Positions 1 through 14,077 of a stretch of 64,000 nt of DNA are shown here, in pieces. The stretch's first letter is position 1; each line of letters starts with the position of its first letter. This stretch comes from the human T2T-CHM13v2.0 reference genome, Homo sapiens. A program made the translations under genes and the position numbers. The DNA lies in assembly GCF_009914755.1 (NCBI RefSeq), contig NC_060930.1; one strand, 5' to 3'. A model generated the notes under the pieces. That model saw nothing but the letters and a program-made list of their open reading frames with translations, was not told where the DNA came from and ran no database searches.

Positions 1-3000
1 AGGCTGTGTGGAATAAGGGAAAGGAATAGATATAACTGATATTAAATAAAGTTAAAAAATGGCTTGACAAAGAAGAGGATTCAACATCTCAGATTATTGA
101 AACCCTATGTAAAAGATACAGAGACAAAGGTTAGGCATCTTCTCTAAGCCTCAGTTTCCTCATCTGTAATAGGCATAACTACTCTCTAACTCATTTGGTA
201 TTTTTAATTGTTGTAAAAAACACATGACCTGAAATCCACCTTCTCAACAAATTTTTAAGTGTCCAAGACACTGCTGCTGACTGTATGCACATTGTTGTAA
301 AGCAGATCTCCAGAACTTTACATCTTGCATGGCTGAAAATATACACTCATTGAACAGCAACTCCTCATTTTCTCCCTTCCCCAAGCTTCTGGCACCCACC
401 ATCATACTCTCTGCTTCTGTGAGTCTCACTACTTTAGATAACTCTTGTTAAGTGGAATCATGTAGTATCTGTCCTTCTGTGATGTGCTTGTCTCATTAAG
501 CATGATATCCTCTAAGTTCATCTATATTGTTGCCTATAATAGGATGTTCTTCTTTTTAATGCTGAATAACATTCCATGATATGTATATACCACATTTTCT
601 CTATCCATTCACCTGTCAGCAGATATTTAGGTTGATTTCATATCTTGCCTACTGTGAATAGTGCTGCAGTGAACATGGGAATGCAGATGTTCGTTCAAGA
701 TTCAATTTTCAGTCCTTTGGCTAAATATCCAAAAGTGAAATTGTTGAATGATATGATCATTTTACTTTTAATTTTTTGAGAACTGTATACTGTTACACCA
801 TTTTACATTTCAAGCATCAGTACACTAGGGTTCCAGTTTCTCCACATCGTTGTCAACACTTGTTATTTTCTGTTTGGTTGTTGTTGTTGTTTAATAATGG
901 CCATCCTAACAAGTATGAGGTGATATCTCACTGTGGTTTTGATTTGTATTTCCCGGATGATTAGTGATGTTGAACTTTTTTCATATACCTGTTGGCCATT
1001 TGAATGTCTTTTTTGAAGAAATATTTACTTAAGTTCTTTGCCCATTTTTTAATTGGGTTTTTTTTTCACTATTAAATTTTAGAGGTTTATCATATATTTT
1101 AGATATTAACCTATTATCAGATATATGGTTTACCAATATTTTCCACTATTCCCTAGGTTGCCTTTTCAGTCTGTTTATTATTTCCTTTGCTGTGCAGAAA
1201 CTTTTATTTTAAAGTCTAACTTGTCTATTTTTTGTGGTTGCTTGTGCTTTTTATTTCATATCAAAGAAATCATTACCAAAACCAATGCTATGAAGTTTTC
1301 CACCTATATATCTTCTAGGAGTTTTACAGCTTCTTAAGCCTTTCTTCCATTTTGATTTGGTTTTTGTATATATTAGTTCAGTTTCTTTCTTTTGCATGTG
1401 GATATTTACTTAACATCATTTGTTGTGAAGACTATCATCTCACCATTGTGTAGTCTTGACAACCTTGTCAAAAATCATTTGACTGTATATGCATAGGCTT
1501 CTTTGGCTTATTTTGGGGCTCTCTACTCTGTTTCATTAGTCTATATGTATCTGTTGTTATGCCAGTACCATACTGTTTTGATTATTGTAGCTTTGTAATA
1601 TGTTTTGAAGTCAGGACGTGTGAGGCTTCTGCTTTGTTTTTCTTTCTCAAGATTGTTTGGGCTGTTGGGGTCTTTTTGGTTCCATATGACTATTAGAATA
1701 TTTTTTCTATTTCTGCAAAAAAGAGCCATTGTGCTTTTGATAGAGATTTCATTGAATCTGTAGATTGTTTCCGGTACTATTAACATTTTTAAGAATAGTA
1801 AGTTCTTTCAATCCATGAACATGAATGTCTTTCCATTTATTTATATCTTCTTTAATTACTTAGCAATGTTTTATAGTTTTCAGGGTACAAGCCTTTCATA
1901 TCATTTGTTAAGTTTATTCTTAAGTATTTTATTCCTTTAGATGTGATTATAAGTGAGATTTTCTTAATTTCTTTTTCAGATTATTTGCTGTTAATGTATA
2001 GAAATACAACTGATTTTTTTGTGTTGCTTTAATATCCTGCAATGTTTGTGAATTTGTTTCTAACAGGTTTTTTTGTGAGACCTTTAGTGTTTGATATGGG
2101 TTTTACAGATTATGTCATCTGAGAACAGAAATATTATTCTTTCTTCTTTTCTGATTTGGATACCTTTTATTTCTTTCTCTTGCCTAATTTATCTTGGTGA
2201 GGACTTCCAATACAATGTTGAATAAAAGTGGCAAGAGTGGGCATCCTTGCCTTGTTCCTGATCTTCAAGAAAAAACTCTCCATTTTTCACCATTAAGCAT
2301 GAGGTTAGCTGTGAGTGAGCTTTTCATATATGGTTCTTGTTTTACTGGCATAATTTCCTTCTATTCATAGTTTGTTGAGTGTTTTTATCATGAAAAAGAG
2401 GTGAATTTTGTCAAATGCTTTTTTCTGCATCCATTGATCTGATCTTGAGATTTTTAAATTCCTTCATTCTGTTAATGTGGTATGTTACATTAATTGATTT
2501 TTGTATGTTGAACCATCTTTACATCCCAGGGATAAATTCTACTTGATTATAGCCTATGGTCCTGTTAAGGTGTTGTTAAGTTTAGTTTGCTAGTATTTGT
2601 TGAAGATGTTTTTGTTTTGCTAGTATTTGTTGAAGATGTAAACATCGATGTTCATCAGGTATATTGACCTATAGTTTTCTTTCTTGTAGTGTCTTTTTGT
2701 GGTTCTGATATCAGGACAATGTTGGCCATATAAAATGAGCTTGTAAGTGTTCTCTCTTCTTTAATTTTTTTGAAAAAGTTTGAGAGGCATTGGCATGAAT
2801 AGTTCCTTAAATGTTTGGTAGAGTTAATCAGTGAAACTGCTTGTTCTTGGACTTATGAGTTATTGCTCAGTTCAGATTTTCTATTTCTTGATAATTAAGT
2901 CTTGATAGATTATATACTTTTAGGAATTTATTCATGTCTTCCAAGTTATCTAATTTGTTGCTGTATAATTATTCATGGTAGTCTCTTATAATCCTTTGTA

Positions 3001-3926
3001 TTTCTATCACATTCATAATGTCTCCATTTTCGTTTCTGATTTTGAGTCTTCTTTTTTCTTTTTTATCCTAAGTGAATGTTTGTTAATATTGTTGATCTTT
3101 TCAAAAAACAGTTGTTAGTTTTTTTGTTTTTTTAATATTTTTTTCCATTCTCTATCTCATTTAATGTTTACTACTTCCTTCCTTCTGTTCAAAATTGGGC
3201 TTATTTTTTCCTTCTTTTTCTGGTTCTTTGAGTTGTAAAGTTACATTGTTTGTTTAATATCTTTCTTCTTTTTTAATGTATGCATTTACCACTGTAAACT
3301 GCTTTCTTCATACTGCTTAGCTGCATCTCATAAGTGTTGATACGTTTTGTTTTTATTTTTGTTTCTCAAAACATTTTATAATTTCCCTTTTGATTTTTCC
3401 TTTGTCCCGTTGGTTGTTCGAGAATGTATTGCTTAATTCTCACTTATTCATGAATTCTCCTATGTTTCTTTTGCTGTTGATTTCTAGCTTCATTCCATTG
3501 TGGTCAGAAAATATTTTTGGTATGATTTCAATCTTCTTAAATCTGTCATGACTTATTTTGTGACCTAACATGTGATTCATTTGGAGAATGTTGTGTGTGT
3601 GCTTGAGAAGAATGTATATTCTGCTGCTGTTGGACAGAATGTTCTGTATATGTCTTTTAGCTCCATTTTGTCTATATTGTTGTTCTAGTCCTCTTTTTCT
3701 TATCGACTTTCTATCTGGGTGTTCTATCCATTATTGAATGTGGGGTATTGAAATCTCCTACTATCATTTAATTGCTGTTTATTTCTCCCTTCAGTTCGTC
3801 AGTAACTGCTTCATATATTTGAGTGCTCTGATGTTGGATGCATAAATATCTATAATTGTTATATCTTCCTCATGAGTTCACCCTATTATCCCTATATAGT
3901 CCTTCTTTGTCTCTTGTGACTATTTA

Positions 3927-4089
3927 TTATTTATTTATTTTTAGAGACAGAGTCTCACTCTGTTGCCCAGCCTAGAATGCAGTGGCACAATCATAGCTTA
4001 CTGCAGCCTCAAAATCGTGAGCTGAAATGATCTCCCACCTTAGTCTCCCAAAGTACTGGGATTATAGGCATGAGCCACCACAACTAGCC
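3927..4089 (-). mobile_element. Alu monomer (FRAM/AluJ-type) inserted in the old L1
   Basis: Alu monomer sequence with an A-rich tail; TSD tcttgtgac(t/a)attta at 3912-3926 and 4091-4105. Confidence 0.85.
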
Positions 4090-4211
4090 TTCTTGTGACA
4101 ATTTATTTAAAGTCTATTTTGTATTCTATAAGTATGGCCCACCCCTACACTTTTTTGGTTAATATTTGCATGGAGTATCTTTTTCCATCCTTTCACATTT
4201 AGCCCATGTGA

Positions 4212-4594
<383 letters not shown>

Positions 4595-7500
4595 AGATCT
4601 TGTGTTTTTATTCATTCAGTCATTTCCCATATTTTCAAAAAGGAGTTTAATCTGTTTATATTTAAAGTAATTTCTGAAAAGGAAGGGCTTACTATTGCCA
4701 TTTTGTTAATTGTTTTCTCTTGGTCTTGTAGGTTTTTTTCATCTTCTTTCACTCTTACAGTCTATCTTTATGTTTCATTGACTTTTTTTAGTGGCATACT
4801 TTGACTTATTTCTCCTTTGTGTGCCTTCAATATTTTCTTTATGGTTACTATGAGATTTATTTAAAACATCATATAGGTAAAACAATCTATTATAAACTAA
4901 TCACAACTTCAATCAAATACAAAAACTACTTTTTCATCACATACACATTATGTTACTGATGTCATAAATTACATCTTTTTATACTGTGTATCTATTAACA
5001 TATTTTTATAGTAATAGTTATTTTTGTAATTTTGTATTTTACTTCTATGTCAGAATTAAAATTGATTTATGTACCATTACAGTTTTACAGTATTCTGTAT
5101 TTATCCCTTATGTATTTACATTTACCCATGATCTTTCTATTTTCATATGCTTTTGTGTTGTTATCTAGCATCCTTTCATTTCCACTTAAAGGACTTCCTT
5201 TAACCTTTCTTTTTAAGGCAGGTCTAGTGGCCATAAACTCCTTCAGTTTTTCTTTATCCAGGAATGTCTTCTTTTTCCTTCATTTTTGAATGACAGTTTT
5301 GTCAGATTTAGCATTTTTTGCTGGTAGTGTTTTTTTTCTTTCAGCACTTTGAATATATTATCCCACTCCCTTCTGAGTTGCAAGATATTTTTTAGAAATC
5401 CACTTACAGTCTTATAGAAACTACCTTGTATGTGATGTCTCTTTTTTCGTGCTACTTTCAAAATTCTGTCTTCATTTGACTTTTAACAATTTAATTATCA
5501 TGTGTCTCAATGTGGATTTATTTACATTAATTGTAGTTGGAACTACAGCTTTTTGAATCTGGGTGTCCATTTCCTTACCTAGATTTAGGGAGTTTGGGGG
5601 CACTATTTTTTCAAATAAGCTTACTTTTCCTTTCTCTCTCTAGTCTCCTCCTGAAACTCTCATAATATATACATTGGTTCACTTAATGATGTACCATAAG
5701 TTCCTTAAGCTTTCTTCAACTTTCTTCATTCTTTTTTTATTTTCTCCTCTTTCTGGATAATTTCAAATAACCACTCTTTGAGTTTGCTGATTGATTTTTT
5801 TTCTCATACCTGATCAAGTCTGCTGTTGTAGCTTTCTAGTGAATTTTTCAATTCAGTTATTATATGCTTCAGGTCTAAAATTCATTTGGTTCGTTTTAAT
5901 ATTTTTCATCTCTTTGTTAATAATCTCATTTTGTTCACCCATTGTTTTCCTGAAATACTGAGCATCTTTATGACAGTTATTTTGAATTCTTTGTCAGAAA
6001 TTTTATATACCACCATAGTTTGGAGTTCATTTGTGGAAATTTTCTTTTGCTCTTTTGATTGTGCCATGTTTCCCTGTTTCTTCATGTGCCTTGTAACTTT
6101 TGTTCGGATTCACACATTTGTCAAAGTAGCCACTTCTCCCAAACTTTAAAAACTGGCTTTGTACAGGGAAAGATCTTTGTTAATCAACCCACCTACAGAC
6201 TCTGACAACTTCTCAAACCTTTTCTATGGATGAATCTTCTCTGGACTAGTGTGTGTAAATTTCAAATCAGAGCGATTTACTAGTTTCATTTTTTCCAGCA
6301 GTTTGTGTTCTTTCACTCCCTTGGTGCATGTCAGAAGTACCAAAGGTTCTCCGGAGTGATCATCAGATGCCTAGCTGTTTTATTCTCTGTGGTCCACAGG
6401 CTTCTCGAGTATACTAGGTCTCATTAGGACTCCAAGACAGTCAAGAGAGAAGCCAGTCCCTGGACAGCCCACCCCCAAAAAATAATCCTGAATATTGCAA
6501 ACACATTTCAACTCTTTCCCTCCCCTGGAAGAAGCCATGTCTTGGGGTTTTCTCTTGCCCATTCTACCCTGAACCCGGGACAAGGGTGGGACTATGATGC
6601 ATAAGGGTGTGCTAGTCCTAAGCATCACTTTTTTTTCAGTGACGCTCAAATTGGTGCCCTTTTCTGTCAGTACTTACATTTAGACAAGACAGAAACCAGT
6701 GCCTTGGGCAGCCCTCCAAAAAGTATGAATGTCGGACATATTTCAGCTTTCTCCTTCCCTACCTAGGAAGAAGCCAGGAGCTGGAGGTATTTTCCCAATC
6801 ATACTATACTGAGCCAAGTGGAAGGACTGTGATGAATGAGTGCCATCGATTTTTCTGGCTTTGATGCAGCTAGTTTTGCAATCACCTGGGGTTTAGCAGT
6901 CTCTTAACTGGTTTGTTGATTACTCACAGAAAGAATGGATCCATGTGTTAGTCATTTTCTCCACAGAGGAAAGAGAGCCTGAGAATTTTTATTCTACCAT
7001 CTGATGATGTCACTATCCCTAATTCATTGTATTTTGTGGGTGAGAATAAAATAAATAATGGTTTTTAAAAGTCTCTATTTTTTTCACAGAATAGGTCTTC
7101 AGTAAATATTAGTTGTTTTGTTGTAATTATTGTTAATAATGTGTGACAGGAACTAGGCAGGTTTATATGGAAAAAGTAGAAGTAGTGACCATTCAGGATT
7201 TTTACATGAGAGCTGGGCTATTCAAAGTTGTCAGTTGATAAATGAGTCTGAAATTTAGGCAAAATTTTTAAATGTGATGTGAAAGATAACAGAAACCACT
7301 GTAAGTGTCTAAATAGATAAGAAAGCAAGAGATATCATTATTTATTACGATGAGCCACCAAAATTTTCTTATAATTCTCTTATGTGCTATATTTTCTATT
7401 AGGCAATAATAACAAATTGTTGTTTCTACTATACTGAAAATTCCTCCATAATAATCTGGTTGTAAAGTAACCTAAGGAAGAACCAAAACTTGACGGCTAT

Positions 7501-10500
7501 TTGAATATGGGACCTTAAGAAAGAATAAATCAATCAATAATAATGTTTAAAATTTAAGGAATGTGTTTCCCTTAAAGATTTACTGCAGACCTCCTTATAA
7601 AGGAGAAGCCAAGAGATGCTGTGGCAGTTGATGATTTGATGAGTCAAAGACAGAATCAGTATATATCTATGAGTGGAATTGACATCTAGTTTTAGTGTCA
7701 AATAATTAGATAGCTTCTCATGAACTCATTCAAAGCTGGTTGAGAGCCTTTTAACATAGAACACTCCGTTTTAAAAATGTTTACCTGAGAATAAATGTTT
7801 TGCATCCGTCTTTACAGTCCACCTAGGAACTGGCATAAATGTCAGAGTTCCTACATACAGGAACCAAAGTCTTAGATTTTATGTCTTAGTGGTATTTGGC
7901 TATCAGGTGGCTCTCCCTGAACATACAAATTAAAATATATTTATTGATTCAAATACTGTATATATGCATATGAAAAATAATGCAAATAATAAGGGAATTA
8001 CAAGACAGCCCAGGATTTTTTCTTGCTTTTACTTCATACTCTCAATGGACAAAATAAAGGTTAAATATAACAAATTACTTGACCACTGCAGATAATATTT
8101 GCGCTGAGACAGAATTGTAAGCAAATTTTAAAGTGACCGTCCTTTCCCTTAAATGTTCAATGAGATACCTAACTTTAATTAGATAATATTCATAAAATAA
8201 ATGAGAAAGAAAGGAAAAACTAGGCATATTTAAAATATACTTCTACTTAGTACTTTTCTTAATATATAAATAAAAAATAATCCAAAATATGCAACTAGAT
8301 AGTAGCATATGAGAAATGATTCTAGTTAATCCCATTCTAAATATTACTTTCAGGATGCAAAAACTGAGAACAGTCCATAGAGATTATTTAGTATAATTTC
8401 TTTGTTTTATAGATGAGAACACTGAGTCATACAGCTGAATCCTTCCAGGGTTAGGACGATAAGCACTTTACAGATCTATATTCTTCCCATATCAATCATT
8501 GTATTGACTCTAGTGTTCACATATTATTTTATTAGCATCTAAGAAATATAACCTAGGGCTCTACTTATATATTTAATTTCAAGTCCACCTATAAAACAGC
8601 AGGAATTTATTTTAACTTTTTTTAACATCTGTCTTCTATCCTTTCTACCTCCCACTAAGAATATCATCTTCTTTGATATAAATCACACATCTAACTGTCT
8701 TCCACTTCTTTGGGGGTAAATGTTATTAAAAATAAACAAACAAACCCCTGATTGAATATAAATTATATGTTGTTCAAAATCTCTAAGTTCAGAGAATAAT
8801 TAATAGCTTGATGTATCATCTTGGTGTATGATTAATCTTGTTACTTAATTGCTATTTTCAGATAAATATCTTTGTACCCTTTGACTTATGCTTGCTGCAG
8901 AATGATGTAGTTTTCAGAGGGGTGATTATTTATTGTTATGCCATTCTGGTTACTTTGCTTATTGCCAAAGTATATGCATAGTGTATGTGCTCTGCTGCTA
9001 TAGATAGGAATGAAGATTGGAGATTGAGACATATGGGGATAGAGAAAGTGAATGTTTGGGAAATCTAAAATTGGATATAATATAGAATCTTACTGGCTTC
9101 TATGTGAGAAAATCTTCTATGTTTCTGATAATTCTATCCTTCTAAGCACCCTCACCTATAAACAGGTGGGAAACCAGAAATAGAAATAAAAATTTAAGAG
9201 ATCATTTAAATGCAGAACTGATACCTTGAGCACCAGTGAAGCAAATTTGCAAAGAAACCATGAAAGAAAGGAACAGAGGGAGAAGAAAATATTACAGGAA
9301 AGGCAAGAGAAGGGTGAGAAAAATAGAAAGAGTAGAGCAAATACTGGGGATAAAAATGTAATGTACATATTTTTCAAAGAATCAGAGATTTACTTCAAGT
9401 TCCAAAAATATTTCTGAACATATATAAATCCAAGCTTTTCATTTTCACCAGTAAAAAATGTTTTTTTTTTACAAATAAAAATTATTAGTAACACAGTTAA
9501 ATGAAATGGTGAACAGATTTAGGGGACAAATAAATGATCATGAAATGGCTAATCTTTAAACAGCCAGAGAGCTATGATCAGAGAACTACCAAATTTTAAT
9601 GACTAGTTCCCATTATAGGAAGGATGACCTTGTAGTCATAAGTTAGAAAACTTCAAAAAGCTTATCTGAAAAAGATGCTGGCACTATATAATTGAAAAAG
9701 GTCATGGTATTAATCTGTTAAAACATTCATATTCTGTAGGAGGGTCACAATGTTTGAGTAGGAGCATAAGATTAAAAATATTTTATTAGCTTTTAGATTT
9801 TGTGACGTGAAGTACTGACAGTAGAGCCAGTGTTTTTGTAAGAACTCACAACCACAGGATATCATTATTTTAACTCAGTATTAAGTCTCAAAAAGAATTG
9901 TATAAGTAAAATAGTATCTAACATCAACTTCAATCCGGAAGGAAAATGCTACCAATATTTGTGATAAAATACAAACAAAATGTGCTGAACTTGAGTAAAT
10001 TTTTCCACTTGATCTACATTTCAGGACAGTATCAATTAATGCTCTCCAATATTAAGATTGATATATTGGAACTTAAAAAAACTCATCAGAGAATTATAAA
10101 CTCTATAAAACAACGTCTTTTTTTTATTTTGTGAGTAGAGATTAATGGAATCACTTCAATCACCCTACATATGGAAGGCCCAGCTAAAAAGATTACCTCT
10201 TTGCTTTACTCAGGTTCTCACTTGACATATCAAACCACGTCTGACGAGGAAGTGGCTCCCACAGCTCTCCTGTCATGCTTCCGAAGTCGTGGGCAGTGAT
10301 AAGTTTTGACTGTGCAGCCAGCATATGTCATGATAAATTTTCAACTCTCTAAATAAAGAAAATACACACTGTTCTTGGATCAAGATTAGGCTTGGTTTTC
10401 CACCCACCTTTGTCCTCAAACACATTTGTAACAAACATAAGTAAATACTTGACAGGTGAATATCACCGGTGCCATTAACTGAAATAAAATGAACCATGAG

Positions 10501-11639
10501 TAGAAAGTGTTAATTCACTATTTCAATCACATCCCATTCGCAGAAAAAGGATCACAGATTCTCAACCCTTTAAATGTAACCATGGAGAGCAGAAAATTCC
10601 GTTCCTGTGGGCAACAAGATAAGTCTATGTGATGCCATTAGGGACTTTTTAATGAGACTTTCTCTATATTGCTATGTGTTGTCAAACGTCTACGTTTATC
10701 TAAATGATCTCCTTGGCCAGACTTAAATTCCTACATTATTTCTCTGCTGCCCACATGTCAAAATCTCCTCCACTCAGAGAAGTTGCTTTTCCTGCACACA
10801 GTTTACTGGAATTAGGGAGGTTGATAATGCATCTACCAAGTAGAGTCCATGTGAAGGGCTCAGAGAAATAGAAACCCCATATAGAGGAGAAGATTCTGCA
10901 AGGCTGAGCAGCACATTACATGCTTTCATCAGCCTCCAGGGTGCGTGCTTGACCAGTGTGCGTGCTTGACTAGTGTGCAAGCACCTTGTTTGATCCCCCC
11001 CACCCTGCTTTAGCACATGAAGAGCCAACACCGACCTCTCTATTCACTCACTCAAGCATAAGCATTGGCTTCAAATGCAGAGACAAAAGGGGCAGCTGTT
11101 CTTATTCACAGCAAGTAGGAAAAACATCACTATGCAGAGAGATTTGGGACTTGGCAGTAATGGCGAGCCCACATGGTTCTGGCTAGTGTGTATAGGATTC
11201 AGCATATTGTGGAAAGTTGAGGCTCCCTGCAAACCAATAAGTCTCACTGGATTTCTAAAGGAGAACAGGTTCTTTACATGTGAGTCCCCATAAGAAACCA
11301 TTAAGTTTCAAAACAATAACAACACATAAACCAGTAAATTAGGGGTGAGCATTTACATCATAAAATTAATTCTTTCTTGAGGATTCAGCTAAAGATTTTT
11401 TCTTAGTGATATAATATGGAATTTAACATACAACAGTTTTAGGCATGTACCAATTCCATAACATTGGTTACACCTGCAATCTGGTATCTTCAAAGGCAAT
11501 AGGAAAATAAATACATGTCTGCTCGAAATTTTGTGTTTGCATGAATCTGTTGAAGATATTTTCCATTTTTTAAAAGACATAACAGCAGTTAACAGCCTAA
11601 TGACTTGTAGTGGAGTTTAGTAAATAGAGATTTGTTAAA

Positions 11640-11810
11640 GTGTAGTTCTTAGACCAGGAGCAACAGCAGCACCAGGGATATTGCTAAAAATGCAAATTCT
11701 CAGGCTCCACCCCAGACTCCTATCAGAAACTGTGTGATGCAGTTCAGCAATATTTTTAAACAACTTCTCCAGATAATTCTGATGCAAATTAAACTTTGAT
11801 GTCCACTACC
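11640..11810. mobile_element. MER5A-like hAT-Charlie DNA transposon relic
   Basis: aaatgcaaattctcaggctccacccagac...tcagaaact...ataattctgatgca matches the recalled MER5A core. Confidence 0.7.
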
Positions 11811-11959
11811 TTAGCAAAAGAAAAATGTTAGTAAACAATTTATACTACATATTATTCTAAAACATTTGCTGGGATTAGGGGAGTGAATAGAGAGAAGTCT
11901 CATAAAACATATAAAAACCCATTAAAATCTGACAAATTTAATCATTGTAATGGGTTTCT

Positions 11960-12470
11960 TCTAGCCAAGAGGATGAAAGCATAAGTTCCTTAGTCTGACA
12001 CAGAGTCTTTACACAATGTTTGCCGTCTATCTCTGCAGCCTCATTCATTAGTTCAGCCATTCAGTCACTTAACTAGAATTCATTGAGTGCTTACTACATC
12101 TGGACACCGAGTAAGTAAATAGGGAAATGCCAATAACAATAGCAAACCACCCTAACCCCCAAATACCTAACATCCAGCCCCAGGCATTCCATTCCCTGCC
12201 CTTTGGGAATTCTGAAATGTGAACATGCTTTTCCTGTTCTAAAATACTATCCTATTCCTCCTTCTTGTTTCCTTATCAGAAAGATTCTTATCCATCCCAT
12301 AAGATCCAGCTCATATTGATAAAGTCTTCCCTGACTTCCTGGGTAAGGTTAGTTACTTTATATATTGGGGTCTCACAGAAATACATTCATACTACTATTT
12401 TTGCACTTATCACATGGTATTGGAAGTCATTTGTTTACATATTTTAAATCCAATTCTGAGGATCAGAGAC
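11960..12470. mobile_element. L2 fragments
   Basis: cattcatt/cattgagtgcttactac and aagtcttccctgac...ttttgcacttatcacatggtatt motifs typical of the L2 3' region. Confidence 0.5.
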
Positions 12471-13576
12471 TGACAAATTCAGTAAGTAGGAATTTGAGAT
12501 ATTTCTCATATGATACACAAGTGGCTTGAAGTAAACATGTGGAAGGTCACTATAGAAAATGGAGTAACATTAAAAAAATTTTCTACCTATTTTAGTTTCT
12601 GTGAAAAGGTGAACAATTCTACTTTAAACTAAAAAGGCAGAGAATAACAATAATTAGTAGTGAAGGATGCATTAAATTTGAAATGTAATTGCTTAATGTA
12701 GTGGTTTCTCAAAATTTGATCCACTTTTCATTGCTCAAGACTGACCACTAACAATTTGCCAATGATATTACATATGAGATTATTTGCAAGAAGTTGTACA
12801 AAGAAAATCCTCCAACTTTGGTATTTTTATGAGGATAACAATAAAGAATTTTGGGATATCAATGTGACAGTTAATGAAAAAGTGATTATCTTTGTGTCTA
12901 GCACACGATAAAATGCACAATGAAAAAAATTCTATATTGGCTATATTATGAAATGCTATCCTAAGAACCCTTCATCTAGATCCAATTCTGGTCAGAAAAG
13001 GCATGAGAGACATTCTAGTCCAACTTTCTCATGTTATGAGTAAAACAAATCAAGACTCAGAATGATAAAAATATCTTGACTACGAAAATTCAGTTCTGCT
13101 TTCACTAGGCTAGAAACTTCTTCACCATATCTTCATGTCTGTATTAGTTATCTATTGCTGCTATATCAATTAAGAGTAACTTAGCAGCTTAAAACAACAC
13201 ACATTCATTATGTCACAGTTTCTATGGAAAAGAATTTCAAGCCCAGCTTAGCTGAATTATCTGCTTCAGTGTTTCTCACAAGATGATAATCAAAGTTTTG
13301 GCCAGGGCTGTGTTCTCAGCTGAGGCTTGGCTGGGGAAGGATTAAATTCCAAGCTCACTGAGATTGTTGGCAGAATTCAGTTCTGTGTGCATGTAGGACT
13401 GGGGGCTTTGGTTTCTGGTTGGCTGTCAACCAGCAGACTCTTTCAGCTCCTATAGGCTGCCTGTAGTTCATGGTCTTGTGGACTTCCTAACATAGGCAGT
13501 CCACAATATTGCAGCTTGTTTCTTGACATCTGCAAGCAAGGGAAAGACTCCCGCAAGGCAGGCCTTACATACAACC

Positions 13577-13984
13577 TGTATTAGTCTGTTCTCTCGCTGC
13601 TATAAGGAAATACCTGAGGCTGGGTAATTTATAAAGAAAAAAGGTTTAACTGGCTCACAGTTCCACAGACTGTGCAGGAAGCATGACAGCTTCTGCTCAG
13701 CTTCTGGAAAGGCCTCAGGAAACTTATGATCATGGCAGAAGGCAAAAAGGGAGCAAACACCCGACATGACCAGAGCAGGAGGAAAGGGGAGGGGTGCTAC
13801 ACACCTTTAAACAACCAGATCTCATAGAACCCTATAACAAGAACAGCACTAGGGGAACAGCACTAAACCATTCATGAAAAACCACCACCATGATCCAATC
13901 ACCTCCTACCAGGCCTCACCTCCAACATTGGGTATTACAATTTTACATGATATTTGGGTAGGGATACAGATCCAAACCATATCA
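13577..13984 (-). mobile_element. MSTA-type MaLR solo LTR (nested)
   Basis: Termini tgtattagtctgttct...atccaaaccatatca; internal ctgggtaatttataaagaaaa. Confidence 0.85.
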
Positions 13985-14077
13985 TAATCTTATGCAGGTA
14001 ATCCTGTATATGCATCACATACATCCTATCCCCTTTTCTGTGTTCTGTTGGTTAAAAGCAAGTCATATGGCCATACC

